DNA of 64,000 nucleotides from assembly GCF_006345805.1 (NCBI RefSeq), contig NC_042998.1, positions 104,408,001-104,472,000 of the forward strand, read 5' to 3'. This DNA is from Octopus sinensis. Taxonomy: Eukaryota. Shown here one piece after another: positions 25,176 to 36,084 of the stretch. A model generated the notes under the pieces. That model saw nothing but the letters and a program-made list of their open reading frames with translations. It was not told the DNA's origin and searched no databases. A program made the position numbers and the translations under genes. Numbering within the stretch: the stretch's first letter is position 1; the number at the start of each line of letters is the position of its first letter.

Positions 25176-25393
25176 TATGGCAGAAACGTTAGCACGCCGG
25201 GCGAAATGCGTAGCCGTATTTCGTCTGCCGTTACGTTCTGAGTTCAAATTCCGCCGAGGTCGACTTTGCCTTTCATCTTTTCAGGGTCGATAAATTAAGT
25301 ACCAGTTACGCACTGGGGTCGATGGAATCGACTTAATCGCTTTGTCTGTCCTTGTGTGTCCCCTCTGTGTTTAGCCCCTTGTGGGTAGTAAAG

Positions 25394-25395
<2 letters not shown>
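25176..25395 (+). mobile_element. SINE family A monomer
   Basis: TGGCAGAAACGTTAGCACGCC...GAGTTCAAATTCCGCC...CCCCTTGTGGGTAGTAAAG then (TA)n. Confidence 0.9.
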
Positions 25396-25464
<69 letters not shown>

Positions 25465-25628
25465 TTAAGGAGAGACAGATACGAGAGTTTTATTAATCAC
25501 TACATTGTTTCGACACATCAAGCAGAGATCCTCACGGATGGGATACTTAACCATGCTCTTTACACGGCATAAACCATTCATTTTAGTGTCTAATATCTAC
25601 TACTACTACTACTACTACAACAACAACA

Positions 25629-25668
<40 letters not shown>

Positions 25669-25702
25669 TACTACTATATAATAATAATAATAATAATAAT
25701 TA

Positions 25703-25755
<53 letters not shown>

Positions 25756-26469
25756 TAATAATGATAATAATGATAATAATGATAATAATAATAATATTGA
25801 TAATGATAATAATAAAATTAATAATAATGATACACACACACACACACATACACACACATATACATATCTATATATGTGTGTAGACTCAGTGAATCTTTGT
25901 TGCTTTGCTTAGTCAAGCGTAGACTGTTGTGTTACCAAAGTGTTACTGGAACATATTGCTGATATGCTTTGAGCTTGTTCGTGTACGCTGTATATAGTTA
26001 GAGGGACTAATAATTTCATACATTGGAGATGTGGTTTAAGCAGATGTTAATAACAGACCTGGTGCCTCTAAGCAAAGTGAAGGCCTTGAGCACATGGCCT
26101 TTACAAGTTACAAACCAGGACAACAGGACAAGAGAAATCATTGGAAAAAAACGAGGTGGATGCAAAAAATGGAAGGATAAAAAGAAAAAACGGAAAAGAA
26201 AGGAAAACAAAGAGAATTATGTCCCCGTTGATCGTAAAGGCATAAAGCTAGTTGGTGTAAAATCAACAGAAGGGATGTAAAGTCTACGATACAGCTGCTT
26301 AACCCAAGAGGGTGGTTTACCCCAATTCACCAAAAGAAACTTGTCCATATGTTTGCAATTACAGAAAATTATTGATCTGGAATTCAGCAGTGCGACGGAA
26401 TTCTTAAATCTATAAAAGATGTGCGACCTTTCAGCAACGCATAACTTGCATTTCATAGAGCCATTAACA

Positions 26470-26830
26470 TCTCTCTGTATATAAACGGTAAAATGTGTGT
26501 GCGTGTCCTTTATACAAATCCACAATTTTAAAGTTAGAGGGCTCGCACTTTTTATGGTCATTCAAAACCACCCAAGGGTGGTCGTGCACATCTTTACATT
26601 TCCCCAGTCACCCCGCAAAGCCATTAAAATATCAATAGAAGTGACTTTTTTGAATTTTCTATCCAAAACCCAATCAAAGTGCCTGATACTTGATACGCCA
26701 ATTAAATGCCAGCTAGCTGTATGTGATTGGTCGAAGATTTGGACAGTACTTAGACAGTACTTGCGCATGCACGCAGTTGTATATGCATGCACTAGCACTG
26801 TGACCCGGCGTTGTCGGGTCATAGTGCTAG
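26470..26830 (+). mobile_element. Non-autonomous Helitron (361 bp)
   Basis: A|TC start (26469/26470), 3' hairpin GTGACCCG-GCGTTGT-CGGGTCAT, CTAG end at 26827-26830 followed by T. Confidence 0.75.
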
Positions 26831-26879
26831 TATGGCATGAATTTTTCTACAATTTTCCACCAGATAAGTGGAAAATCCA

Positions 26880-27320
26880 TGTGCTGTCACACGTATCATG
26901 TAAACCAAGTTTCCACAAACTGTGATGGTTTTGCGTCTGTTTGCAGTGAGGATGACATCATATTGCCCCATATCTTTGAACGGAGCTTTAGGGTCAATGC
27001 AAACGAGCATGTGAAGCTGCTGGAGACTGTGCTCGAACTCTGTCTGAAGACTTGATGGCTGTATGTGGGACAGCATGATTCGGCTCCTTGCTATACCTTC
27101 GGAAAGTGTAACTAGCCCCAATTTTTGGTCTCCTAATTCCCCTGTTTGTAATCCCATGGTTTACTGTGTGAGGTGTGTGGAGAAAACCACCAACCACTCT
27201 GCCTGCGATAACAAGGCTGAACTGGTAGTCAAGATCTTCCCAAGTACAACGAGGAACACATTTGTCAAGTTCCCGCCCCTTTTCAAGTCGTGGTGGATGG
27301 TGAGGACGGCTACTTTGAAT
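26880..27320 (+). pseudogene. Decayed Tc1/mariner-superfamily (maT-like) transposase C-terminus
   Basis: Across frameshifts: TKFPQTVMV..VCSEDDIILPHIFERSFRVN..QHDSAPC..FWSPNSPVCNPMVY..KAELVVKI..DGYFE*, matching the QQDSAPCH and WPPNSPD.NP.DY motifs. Confidence 0.75.
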
Positions 27321-27871
27321 AAATTGTTATCTCCCAGTTATAATCTACTTGATATTTCTTGATTAAAAAAAAGACAGAAAAACTGTTATTTTTAGATGGA
27401 ATATTATACTTTCTTTACCTTTTATGGAAACTGTTAAATTTAGCCCAAACAACCAATATTCTCAACCGCGCTATACTAAATAGTATAAGACCTTATCGTT
27501 AGTTCTTATTGTTAGTTCTTCAAGTCTTTGAAAACAACACTCTTTACCTTTCATCTTCCGAATTCCACACAGTAAAAGAATAAAAGTAAAGAAAGAACAA
27601 AAATGAAAAAAGAAAGAAACTGACCAAAGTCTATGTGGACATATCATTCATTCGGTTCTGTCTTCATTCCATTAATCCTTCTTTTGTCTTCTTTCTCTGC
27701 TTGTGATTTTATTTTATTGTTATTATTATTATTATTATTATTTTGCTGTTCAATATTCGCGTTACTTTTTCTAGCCTCGTAACTTTTTATTAATTTATGC
27801 AGGCATATTTTTTTCATTTCCTTCATTTTGATTATTTACATTTTATTTTGCTTTTCTTTCCTTCCAGATAT

Positions 27872-27945
<74 letters not shown>

Positions 27946-27989
27946 TCTGAGTGTGTATATATATGTAAGATGTATGTATGTTTGTTTTT

Positions 27990-28894
27990 ATTTGATCCAG
28001 TTAATTAACATTACCGGAGACCGGGCTGTCTCTTATGTTGTTGTTCTTCTTCTTTTTCTTCTTCTTCATCACCAACGCCATCAACATCATCATCATGATC
28101 GCCATCATCATCATCATCAACAGCGTCAGCATCAGCATCAGCATCAGCATCAGCAGCAGCAGTATCATCATCACCACCATCACCATCACTAAGCATCGTC
28201 ATCTTGCTTCCCTTCTCCTCTTCCACCTCGTCACCCTCCCCCTACTTTTTTTCTCTTCCTTCTGTTCATTCTCATTTGCATCGTTGTTTTCTCTACAACT
28301 TCGTTATGATCATTATTAGCCACCACCTCACACCAACACTTCCTTTTCCCTTCGCCGCCGCTTCCCCCTTTCTCTCTCTCTCTCTCTCTCTCTCCTTTCT
28401 CTATCTCTACCGTTCCACCGTCACCATCACCACATCACTTACCATACACCAGCCAATCTATACCCATACACCCACCAACCAAAATGCCGTCTCCCATCAT
28501 TACTGCTCCATTATCATCATTACCGTCATTATCTTCACAATCGACATTATTATCTCTACGCTATTTCGGCGCTGTTTCCATCACGTGACACTACTGTTTC
28601 TATAATCAAGCGTTTCTTTTGATACTAAAGTTTAATTAACTCGCCTCCGCCAAATCCGACAAATTATTTGACCCCTGACCTCCTCTCACTGTTATTTGGG
28701 AGAAATCCCAATTGCTAGTAGTTCGTTAAAAAAAAGAGAGAAAATAGAAGAAAAAGGCCCTAACGCCAACACCAATACAATCACCGCCACCATTGTCATC
28801 ATCATCACCATCATCATCGTCGTAGTCGTGATCATCATCATCATCATCACCACCACCACCACCACCACCATCATCGTCGTCGTCGTCGTCGTCG

Positions 28895-28935
<41 letters not shown>

Positions 28936-29094
28936 GCCATCAACTTCATCATTTTGACTATTATCTCCTCCACTATCACCACCATTTTCCTCTTGCTCTT
29001 CCACCTACCCCTCATCATCATCATCATTATTTTCTTCAACATTGTCATTAGCATCATCACTAACAATCATTATATATTATTGTTATTATTATTA

Positions 29095-29140
<46 letters not shown>

Positions 29141-29149
29141 TATTATTAC

Positions 29150-29225
<76 letters not shown>

Positions 29226-30320
29226 CATCATCATTATATTATCATCAACACTACATCATATTTGTCGTCATCGTCGCCGTCACCGCCGCCACCGTCCCTC
29301 TCCTTTTCATGCTCACCTCCTCCTATCCTCTTTCTGGCCATCATCATCACTTTCATTATCATCGTCATCACCACTAATGTCGTCATCGCTGTCGTCGTCG
29401 TCGTTGTCGTCATCACGATTCTCCCTAGTCACCTTCTCCAGTGAAACAGACTGTTGTCATCATTGTTCCTGATGAATATCAATAATACAAACAATATCGA
29501 TAACGAAGACAATATATACAGAAGCCCCTACGTGGTCGTTCTACCTGCATAAAATACTAGCCTAATCCTGTGAAGTCAACACATCATACAGCCGTATAGA
29601 TTGAATGCTATAATGGTCATTGTAATTCTAGATATGCAGAGAGACGAGATGTTTTCAGATGGAATGTCTTTGATGACAGGTCTGCTCAATCAGATCTGAC
29701 CTGGGAGTCAAACATCATCATCATAATCATCTCCTCCTCATCATCATCGTCTCCCTCCTCCTCCTCATCATCATCGTCATCGTCATCATCATCTCCGACC
29801 ACCACCACCATCACCACCACCACCACCACCACCACCACTACCACCTCCTCCTCATCATCATCGTCATCGTCTCCCTCCTCCTCCTCCTCTTCCTCATCAT
29901 CATCTCCCTCCTCCTCCTCCTCCTCATCATCATCATCATCGTTTTCCACCTCCTTCCCTTCATCTTCCTTCTTCTTCTTCTTCTTCTTCTTCTCTTCCTC
30001 CTCCTCCTCCTCCTCATCATCATCATCATCATCAACATCAACATCATCATCATTATTTTCTCCAACATCCACGATGACAGATGAATATTTAGTTCCTCTT
30101 CTGAATCTACTCTTCTTTCTACTTTCTTCTCCTTTTTTTTCATCCCCATCATCATATTCATCAGCAACATCGCAGCCGCCGTCGCTGCCATCGCCGTCGT
30201 CATCGTCGTCATCATCGTCATCAGAGGCATTGTTACTAACGTCGTCGTCGTCGTACTCCTTCTCCTCCTCGTTTTTTTCCTCTTCCTGCTCTTACCCCTC
30301 CCCGTCATCATCATCATGAA
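27990..30320. repeat. 2.3-kb compound trinucleotide field: (CAT)n, (TTA)n, (CTC)n, (TCG)n, (CAC)n
   Basis: Direct reading; it produces the poly-I/H/S/D/E ORFs in the track. Confidence 0.95.
29632..29679 (+). other. Candidate 48-nt exon (phase 2-2), unassigned
   Basis: TTCTAG acceptor and CAG|GTCTGC donor; frame R-YAERRDVFRWNVFDD-R; lies in a unique island within the trinucleotide field. Confidence 0.2.
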
Positions 30321-30687
30321 TAATGTAAGAAAACAAGAAATAACAAAACGTAATGAAAGCATTTATAGTAAAACAAGAAAACTAAAGCAAAAACAGACAA
30401 CAACAACAACAACGACAATTTTTTGCAATTACCATGACGATTGCATTAGTTTCATTGTCTTTAATCACTACAAATGATAATAGCCACAACATCAGCAACA
30501 ACAGCTATTATCTCAGTATGGACTAATTGAATAATTTCATAAATTATATTATTCGTTACTAATTTAGTTGATAAGCTTTTAAAAGATGAGAGGATTGCGG
30601 TAGAAGGATTTCTGTTAATACATAGATATATGTGTAACGGTATATATACGTGTGTGTTGTGTGGGTATTATATGAACATTTATGTAC

Positions 30688-30732
<45 letters not shown>

Positions 30733-30736
<4 letters not shown>

Positions 30737-30852
30737 ACAAAATGAGATAACAAAGCAAAGGCTATATATATATATATATATATATATACTCATATACATA
30801 TATGTGTGTGTTTAAGTATATAAGTATACACTTGTGTGTGTGTGTGTGTGTG

Positions 30853-30885
<33 letters not shown>

Positions 30886-31210
30886 CAATCCTGGAGAAAT
30901 AACAATTGTCATAATATAAATATAACATTCAAGAAATACTAACGGAAATATTTAACCGCAATTTTCTCAGCTTTAAATAGTATTGCAATATATACATACA
31001 TGCATACATTTATACATGTATACTCACACCAAAATATATATTCATCTTCATATATAAATATACATTATATATTATATATATATATATATAAGACAAAATG
31101 AGATAACAAAGCAAAGGCTATATATATATATATATATATATATACTCATATACATATATGTGTGTGTTTAAGTATATAAGTATACACTTGTGTGTGTGTG
31201 TGTGTGTGTG

Positions 31211-31243
<33 letters not shown>

Positions 31244-31415
31244 CAATCCTGGAGAAATAACAATTGTCATAATATAAATATAACATTCAAGAAATACTAA
31301 CGGAAATATTTAACCGCAATTTTCTCAGCTTTAAATAGTATTGCAATATATACATACATGCATACATTTATACATGTATACTCACACCAAAATATATATT
31401 CATCTTCATATATAA

Positions 31416-31420
<5 letters not shown>
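30733..31420. repeat. Near-identical tandem duplication, period 356 bp
   Basis: TAAGACAAAATGAG starts at 30733 and 31089; the copies share even the microsatellite interruptions. Confidence 0.9.
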
Positions 31421-31462
<42 letters not shown>

Positions 31463-31915
31463 TATTATAAAAGGCAGATTTTATCTGCCTCCCTTTGTAT
31501 CTTATAGAAATCTACAATATAGGATTTCTTCAATTACAATTTACCTAGCATTTTTAAGAGTAGAATGCAACGGGTCGTGCCAGGTCCACTTTTCAAAATT
31601 TCAACACCAATTAAGCAAAATTTAGAGAAAACTCACATTGTGGTGTATGAGTCAAATGCTTCTCTTAGTGTGGGATACAGCACACGCAAACGCACACACA
31701 CAGTGTGCAACGAATAAACTGAAAGTAATTCACTTTCTGTAGTGAGTGACTCTTTCACTCTGCCTCCAACTTCCTCTTTACACACATAGACACGCAAATA
31801 TATAAATAAAATTGTAAGCTAACGTGCGTGTGTGTAGGTGTATGTGTGTGTGTGTGCTTGTGTGTGTGAGGGTGCGTGTGTGTGTGTGTGTGCGTGTGCG
31901 TGAGTGTGTGACAGG

Positions 31916-32586
31916 AAAGTTTTTTTGGACGAATATAAGACCTATATCCAAGTAGCAGAAAGATCGCCCAAAAGTGTATATAGATATTTAAATGTATTTA
32001 TATATTCATCTATATACAGATGTATGTATAATGTGTGTGTATATATTTCCATAGAGGTAACCTTTCACTCCATACAAAGTTTTTTTGGACGAATATAAGA
32101 TCTATATCCAAGTAGCAGAAACATCGCCCAAAAGTGTATATAGATATTTAAATGTATTTATATATTCATCTATACACAGATGTATGTATAATGTGTGTGT
32201 ATATATTTCTATAGACGTAACCATTCACTCCGCACAAAGTTTTTTAGGACGAAAATAAGATCTAAAGTTATCTCTAAGTAGCACAAAGATCGCCCAAAAG
32301 TGTATATAGATATATAAATGTATTTATATATTCATCTATGCACACATGTATGTATAACGTGTGTGTATATATTTCCATAGAGGTAACCATTCACTCCATA
32401 CAAAGTTTTTTAGGACGAAAATAAGATCTAAAGTTATCTCTAAGAAACAAAGATCGCCCAAAAGTGTATATAGATATTTAAATGTATTTATATATTCATC
32501 TATACACATTTGTATGTATAATGTGCGTGTATATATTTCCATAGAGGTAACCATTCAATCCATACAAAGTTTTTTAGGACGAAAAT
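31916..32586. repeat. Satellite-like tandem array, 160-166-bp unit, 4 copies plus a partial
   Basis: AAAGTTTTTT.GGACGAA starts at 31916, 32076, 32236, 32402 and 32566. Confidence 0.92.
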
Positions 32587-32849
32587 ATTTTTATATAAAA
32601 GAAAGGTTGTGTGTCTGTCTACTCCGATTTAGATTCCTAACTACTCCCACATTTTGCGATGCAGTTTAACCAAAACCGGGTATCTTATAGTCGTGATTCA
32701 TATCGAGCCCTTCTGGGTATTAGCGCGCGTCTACGATGAGTCTATGATTTTACAAATAATTTACCATAATTTTTTCCATTTTAATGCATATTTTTTTAAT
32801 AAAGGGAAGTAACTCTCAAACTTCACACCAATATGCGTGCTCATATGCG

Positions 32850-33320
32850 ACGTAATATCACATCAGCAGCATTTCCTCACACCCTCCTTGCACTTGGCGA
32901 AGGCAAAATACCAGGGAATGAAAATGGTAATATTGCCATCGATTCCATTTGTACCATTGTTAAGACGCCTTCTGATCTCAGAGATGCAGTGTTCCCAGAT
33001 CTACAAGCTAATTATCAGAATATGGATTGGATTGGCAAAAAGGCTATACTGGCCCCGAGGAATAAAACTGTTCACCATATTAATGATGAAATGCTAAAAC
33101 TCATTCCTGGGGAAGTCTATGTATATCAGTCTATCGATACAACTCCTGACCCAGAGGACGTCATCAACTATCCAATAGAGGTACTCAATTCTTTGAGCAC
33201 CCCGGACTACCACCACACTTTCTCAAACTTAAAGTTGGTGCCCCTATAATGCTCATCAGAATTTGGTTCCCTCAAAACAATGCAATGGCACACGTTTGAT
33301 CGTTAAGTCCTTATCTCCCA
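32850..33320 (+). pseudogene. Helitron PIF1-like helicase fragment
   Basis: LLALGEG...AILAPRN..V..IN...YQSID...YPIEVLNSL, then after a frameshift PPHxLKLKVGAPIMLIRNL...CNGTRL (2B motif of Helitron/PIF1 helicases). Confidence 0.9.
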
Positions 33321-33446
33321 CCGTAAGCTTATATCAATATTTGCCTGAATAATCATCATAATTCAGTGCAATCATTAACAGTACTTTCAAGCAATTCAGC
33401 CCCGAGCAACGCCGGGCAATTCTGCTAGTATGTATATATATATATA

Positions 33447-34063
33447 TAAGAAATATTGAATTTCTAAATCTCTCGTAGAGACATGTACGGTGGTGGGGCG
33501 ATAGAATGGTTGTATACTGTCAATCTAACAAGAACGTGACAGTAGGGGGTACACCACCGCTGTATAGCCCTAGGAAGCATCGAACGCCTCCTGATGGCTT
33601 TGACACATTTTTCCCTGTGTCCTTATATACATTTACGAAGGGGAGACAAACACCCCCGGCTGCCGGAACTGCATCTAGGGACACGTGTTTCAGGATCGTT
33701 GTCCTTCATCGGCCTAGAGTAGCAGACACCGGTCAGCCGGTGATATTTGTCTTGACTTCGAATTGTATATATCTATATTCAGTGAAGTCTATTCACTGAT
33801 TATCAAAATAAGAAATATTGAATTTCTAAATCCCTCGCAGAGACATGTACGGTGGTGGGGCGATAGAATGGTTGTATACTGTCAATCTAACAAGGACGTG
33901 ACAGTAGGGGGTACACCACCGCCGTCCCTAGATGCAGCTCCGGCAGCCGGGGGTGTTTGTCTCTTCTTCGTAAATGTATATAAGGACACAGGGAAAAATG
34001 TGTCAAAGCCATCAGGAGGCGTTCGATGCTTCCTAGGGCTATACAGCGGTGGTGTACCCCCTA
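33447..34063 (-). mobile_element. Retrozyme/Penelope pLTR-like element: 362-bp unit, partial tandem copy and 140-bp inverted copy
   Basis: 33447-33560 is repeated at 33809-33922; 33543-33682 is inverted at 33924-34063; a hammerhead lies inside. Confidence 0.75.
33674..33718 (-). ncRNA. Type I hammerhead ribozyme (U4C in core)
   Basis: Minus strand TCTAGG-CCGATGA-AGGA caacga TCCT-GAAAC acgt GTC-CCTAGA: 6-bp helix I, 4-bp stem II, palindromic helix III, GUC triplet. Confidence 0.75.
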
Positions 34064-34344
34064 TGCCTGGCTCATAAGAGCCGGTTTCCCGGCTTCAGTG
34101 GAGAATAGGTTCTCCACCTGGACGGGGCGTCGGTCCGTCGCAGGTGAGCTGCTAGATGCAGGAGGAAAGAGCGAGAGAAAGTTGCGGCGAAAGAGTCAGA
34201 AGAGTTTCGCCATTACCTTCTGCCGGAGTCACGTGGAGCTTAGGTGTTTCGCTCATAAACACACACGTCGCCTGGTCTGAGATTCGAACCCGCTATCTCT
34301 CGACCGCGAGTCCGCTGCTCTAGCCGCTAGGTCAAGCGCCTACA

Positions 34345-34345
<1 letters not shown>
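34064..34345 (-). mobile_element. SINE family C
   Basis: Reverse complement head GGCGCTTGACCTAGCGGCTAGAGCAGCGGACTCGCGGTCGAGAGATAGCGGGTTCGAATCTC. Confidence 0.75.
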
Positions 34346-34391
<46 letters not shown>

Positions 34392-34394
34392 TCA

Positions 34395-34590
34395 GTCACT
34401 TACCTACGGCCATGCTGGAACACCAGGGTTTTTGTCGAACAAATTGGCCCCAGAACTTATTCTTTGTAAGCCTAGCACTTATTCTAACGTCTTCTTTGCC
34501 TAACCGTTAAGTAACGGGGACACACCAACATCGGTTGTCAAGCGATGATGGGGGTACAAAAATGGACCCAAAACAACAAAATATATATAT

Positions 34591-34628
<38 letters not shown>

Positions 34629-34895
34629 AGAGTTTCGACGTTACCTTCTGCCGGAGATACGTGGAGCTTAGGTGTTTCACTCATAAACACACACGTCGCC
34701 CGGTCTGAGATTCGAACCCGTTATCTCTCGACCGATATATATATATATATATATACGACAGGCTTCTTTCAATTTCCGTCTAACAAATCCACTCACAAAG
34801 CTTTGGTCGTCTGGAGATTATAGTAGAAGATACTTGTCCAAGGTTCCACGCAGGAGGACTGAACCCGGAACCGTGTGGTTGGGAAGCGAACTTCT
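34395..34895 (-). mobile_element. SINE family B copy whose internal (TA)n carries a SINE family C fragment (34628-34733)
   Basis: B tail at 34395-34560, B head at 34750-34895, and a C fragment (CTGAGATTCGAACCCG) between (TA)n tracts. Confidence 0.75.
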
Positions 34896-35853
34896 TTATT
34901 TCATTATATTGGCCATAAAGGCCTTACATAGAGAAAGGAAGCTGCAGGCTAGTATAGACAATGTTATATGAAATGAAAAATGAAAATGATGATTAATGAG
35001 GCCAACAAGCGACGCCCGCCGATCGTTGTTTCTCTAGAACATTGATCTCAACAACATTGAGGCAACAAACCTCTTACACTGTTCACAATTCAATAACAAA
35101 ATAAGGCACAAAGCCTCGTACCGTTTTTCCCCAACTAGGAACTTTCAATAACACTGAGGTTTTTCAACCTCTTATCCATATTCCTCCCCAACATCGCTTG
35201 TGACCCCATCCTCCAGCATCACCCACGCCTCATTCAAGCACAAGGCGGGTGCCGTGTCGGCGTCGCCCGGCCACAACCGATGTTCCTCATTGAGTCCCTC
35301 CAGCCTACGCAACACGGGAAACGTTTTCTGAGGAGGCTATTCGGGATCCCGTGTGCAGGCTAAAGGTACTCCCTTATGGTGTTTTTCTAACACCTTCTCC
35401 ACCTCTCCGCCTCTGTAGAAGAAGACCAATAATTCCTCTTCCTCTGGGGACGAGGTAGTCACTTCTACTGTCGGTGACACAATTCCCACCCATGGTGTCT
35501 CTTCCTCTGCTGGTGGCACAACCCCTACCGACGAGGTTCCGGGGCATTCCGGTACTATGTCACCGATTGCCGGCAATATCCCGTTTCTCTTCCTCTTCTT
35601 TTCTTCTCAACTGAGGGAGGGTGCAAACAACAAACCCTCACTGGACCACACCAAAACCATAAGTCTTACCTTACAGTTGAGCTTCTTTTACAATCAATTT
35701 TCGCCCGCTGCAAACCAGCGTGACGACTTCTATTCAGCGGTACCAACAACACTGAAACACGCATGCGCAGGAAGCAAGCTTCTTACCACACATCGACGCC
35801 TGCATCAATAAGAAACTGCCAGAATAATATATTCCTTTAAACCCATTTTTGAA

Positions 35854-35886
<33 letters not shown>

Positions 35887-36084
35887 CGTATGTATGTATC
35901 ATTATGCACGTATATACCTGTATAAATATATATCTGTGTGAGAGTCTCTACGTATAAGTATATATGAATGTGTGCATGAATGGTACTATATACATGCATA
36001 CATACATACATACATACATACATACATACATACATACATACATACATACATACATACATACATGCATACATACATACATACATA

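Larger units (their letters stand above)
31460..33428 (+). mobile_element. Helitron-derived element (possibly two nested or fused copies)
   Basis: A|TC start at 31460; 3' hairpin GCCCCGAGCAACGCCGGGC and CTAG|T at 33425-33429; helicase remnant; a second Helitron-like 5' motif (TATATAAAAG..GTGTGTCTGTC) near 32593. Confidence 0.75.

Noticed and set aside
28001-30362. Long ORFs up to 258 aa with poly-I, H, D, E or S
   Set aside because: Trinucleotide repeat translations, open in several frames on both strands.
31916-32586. Regular repeats that could be mistaken for a CRISPR array
   Set aside because: Whole 160-166-bp units are repeated with no unique spacers, there are no cas genes, and the context is eukaryotic.
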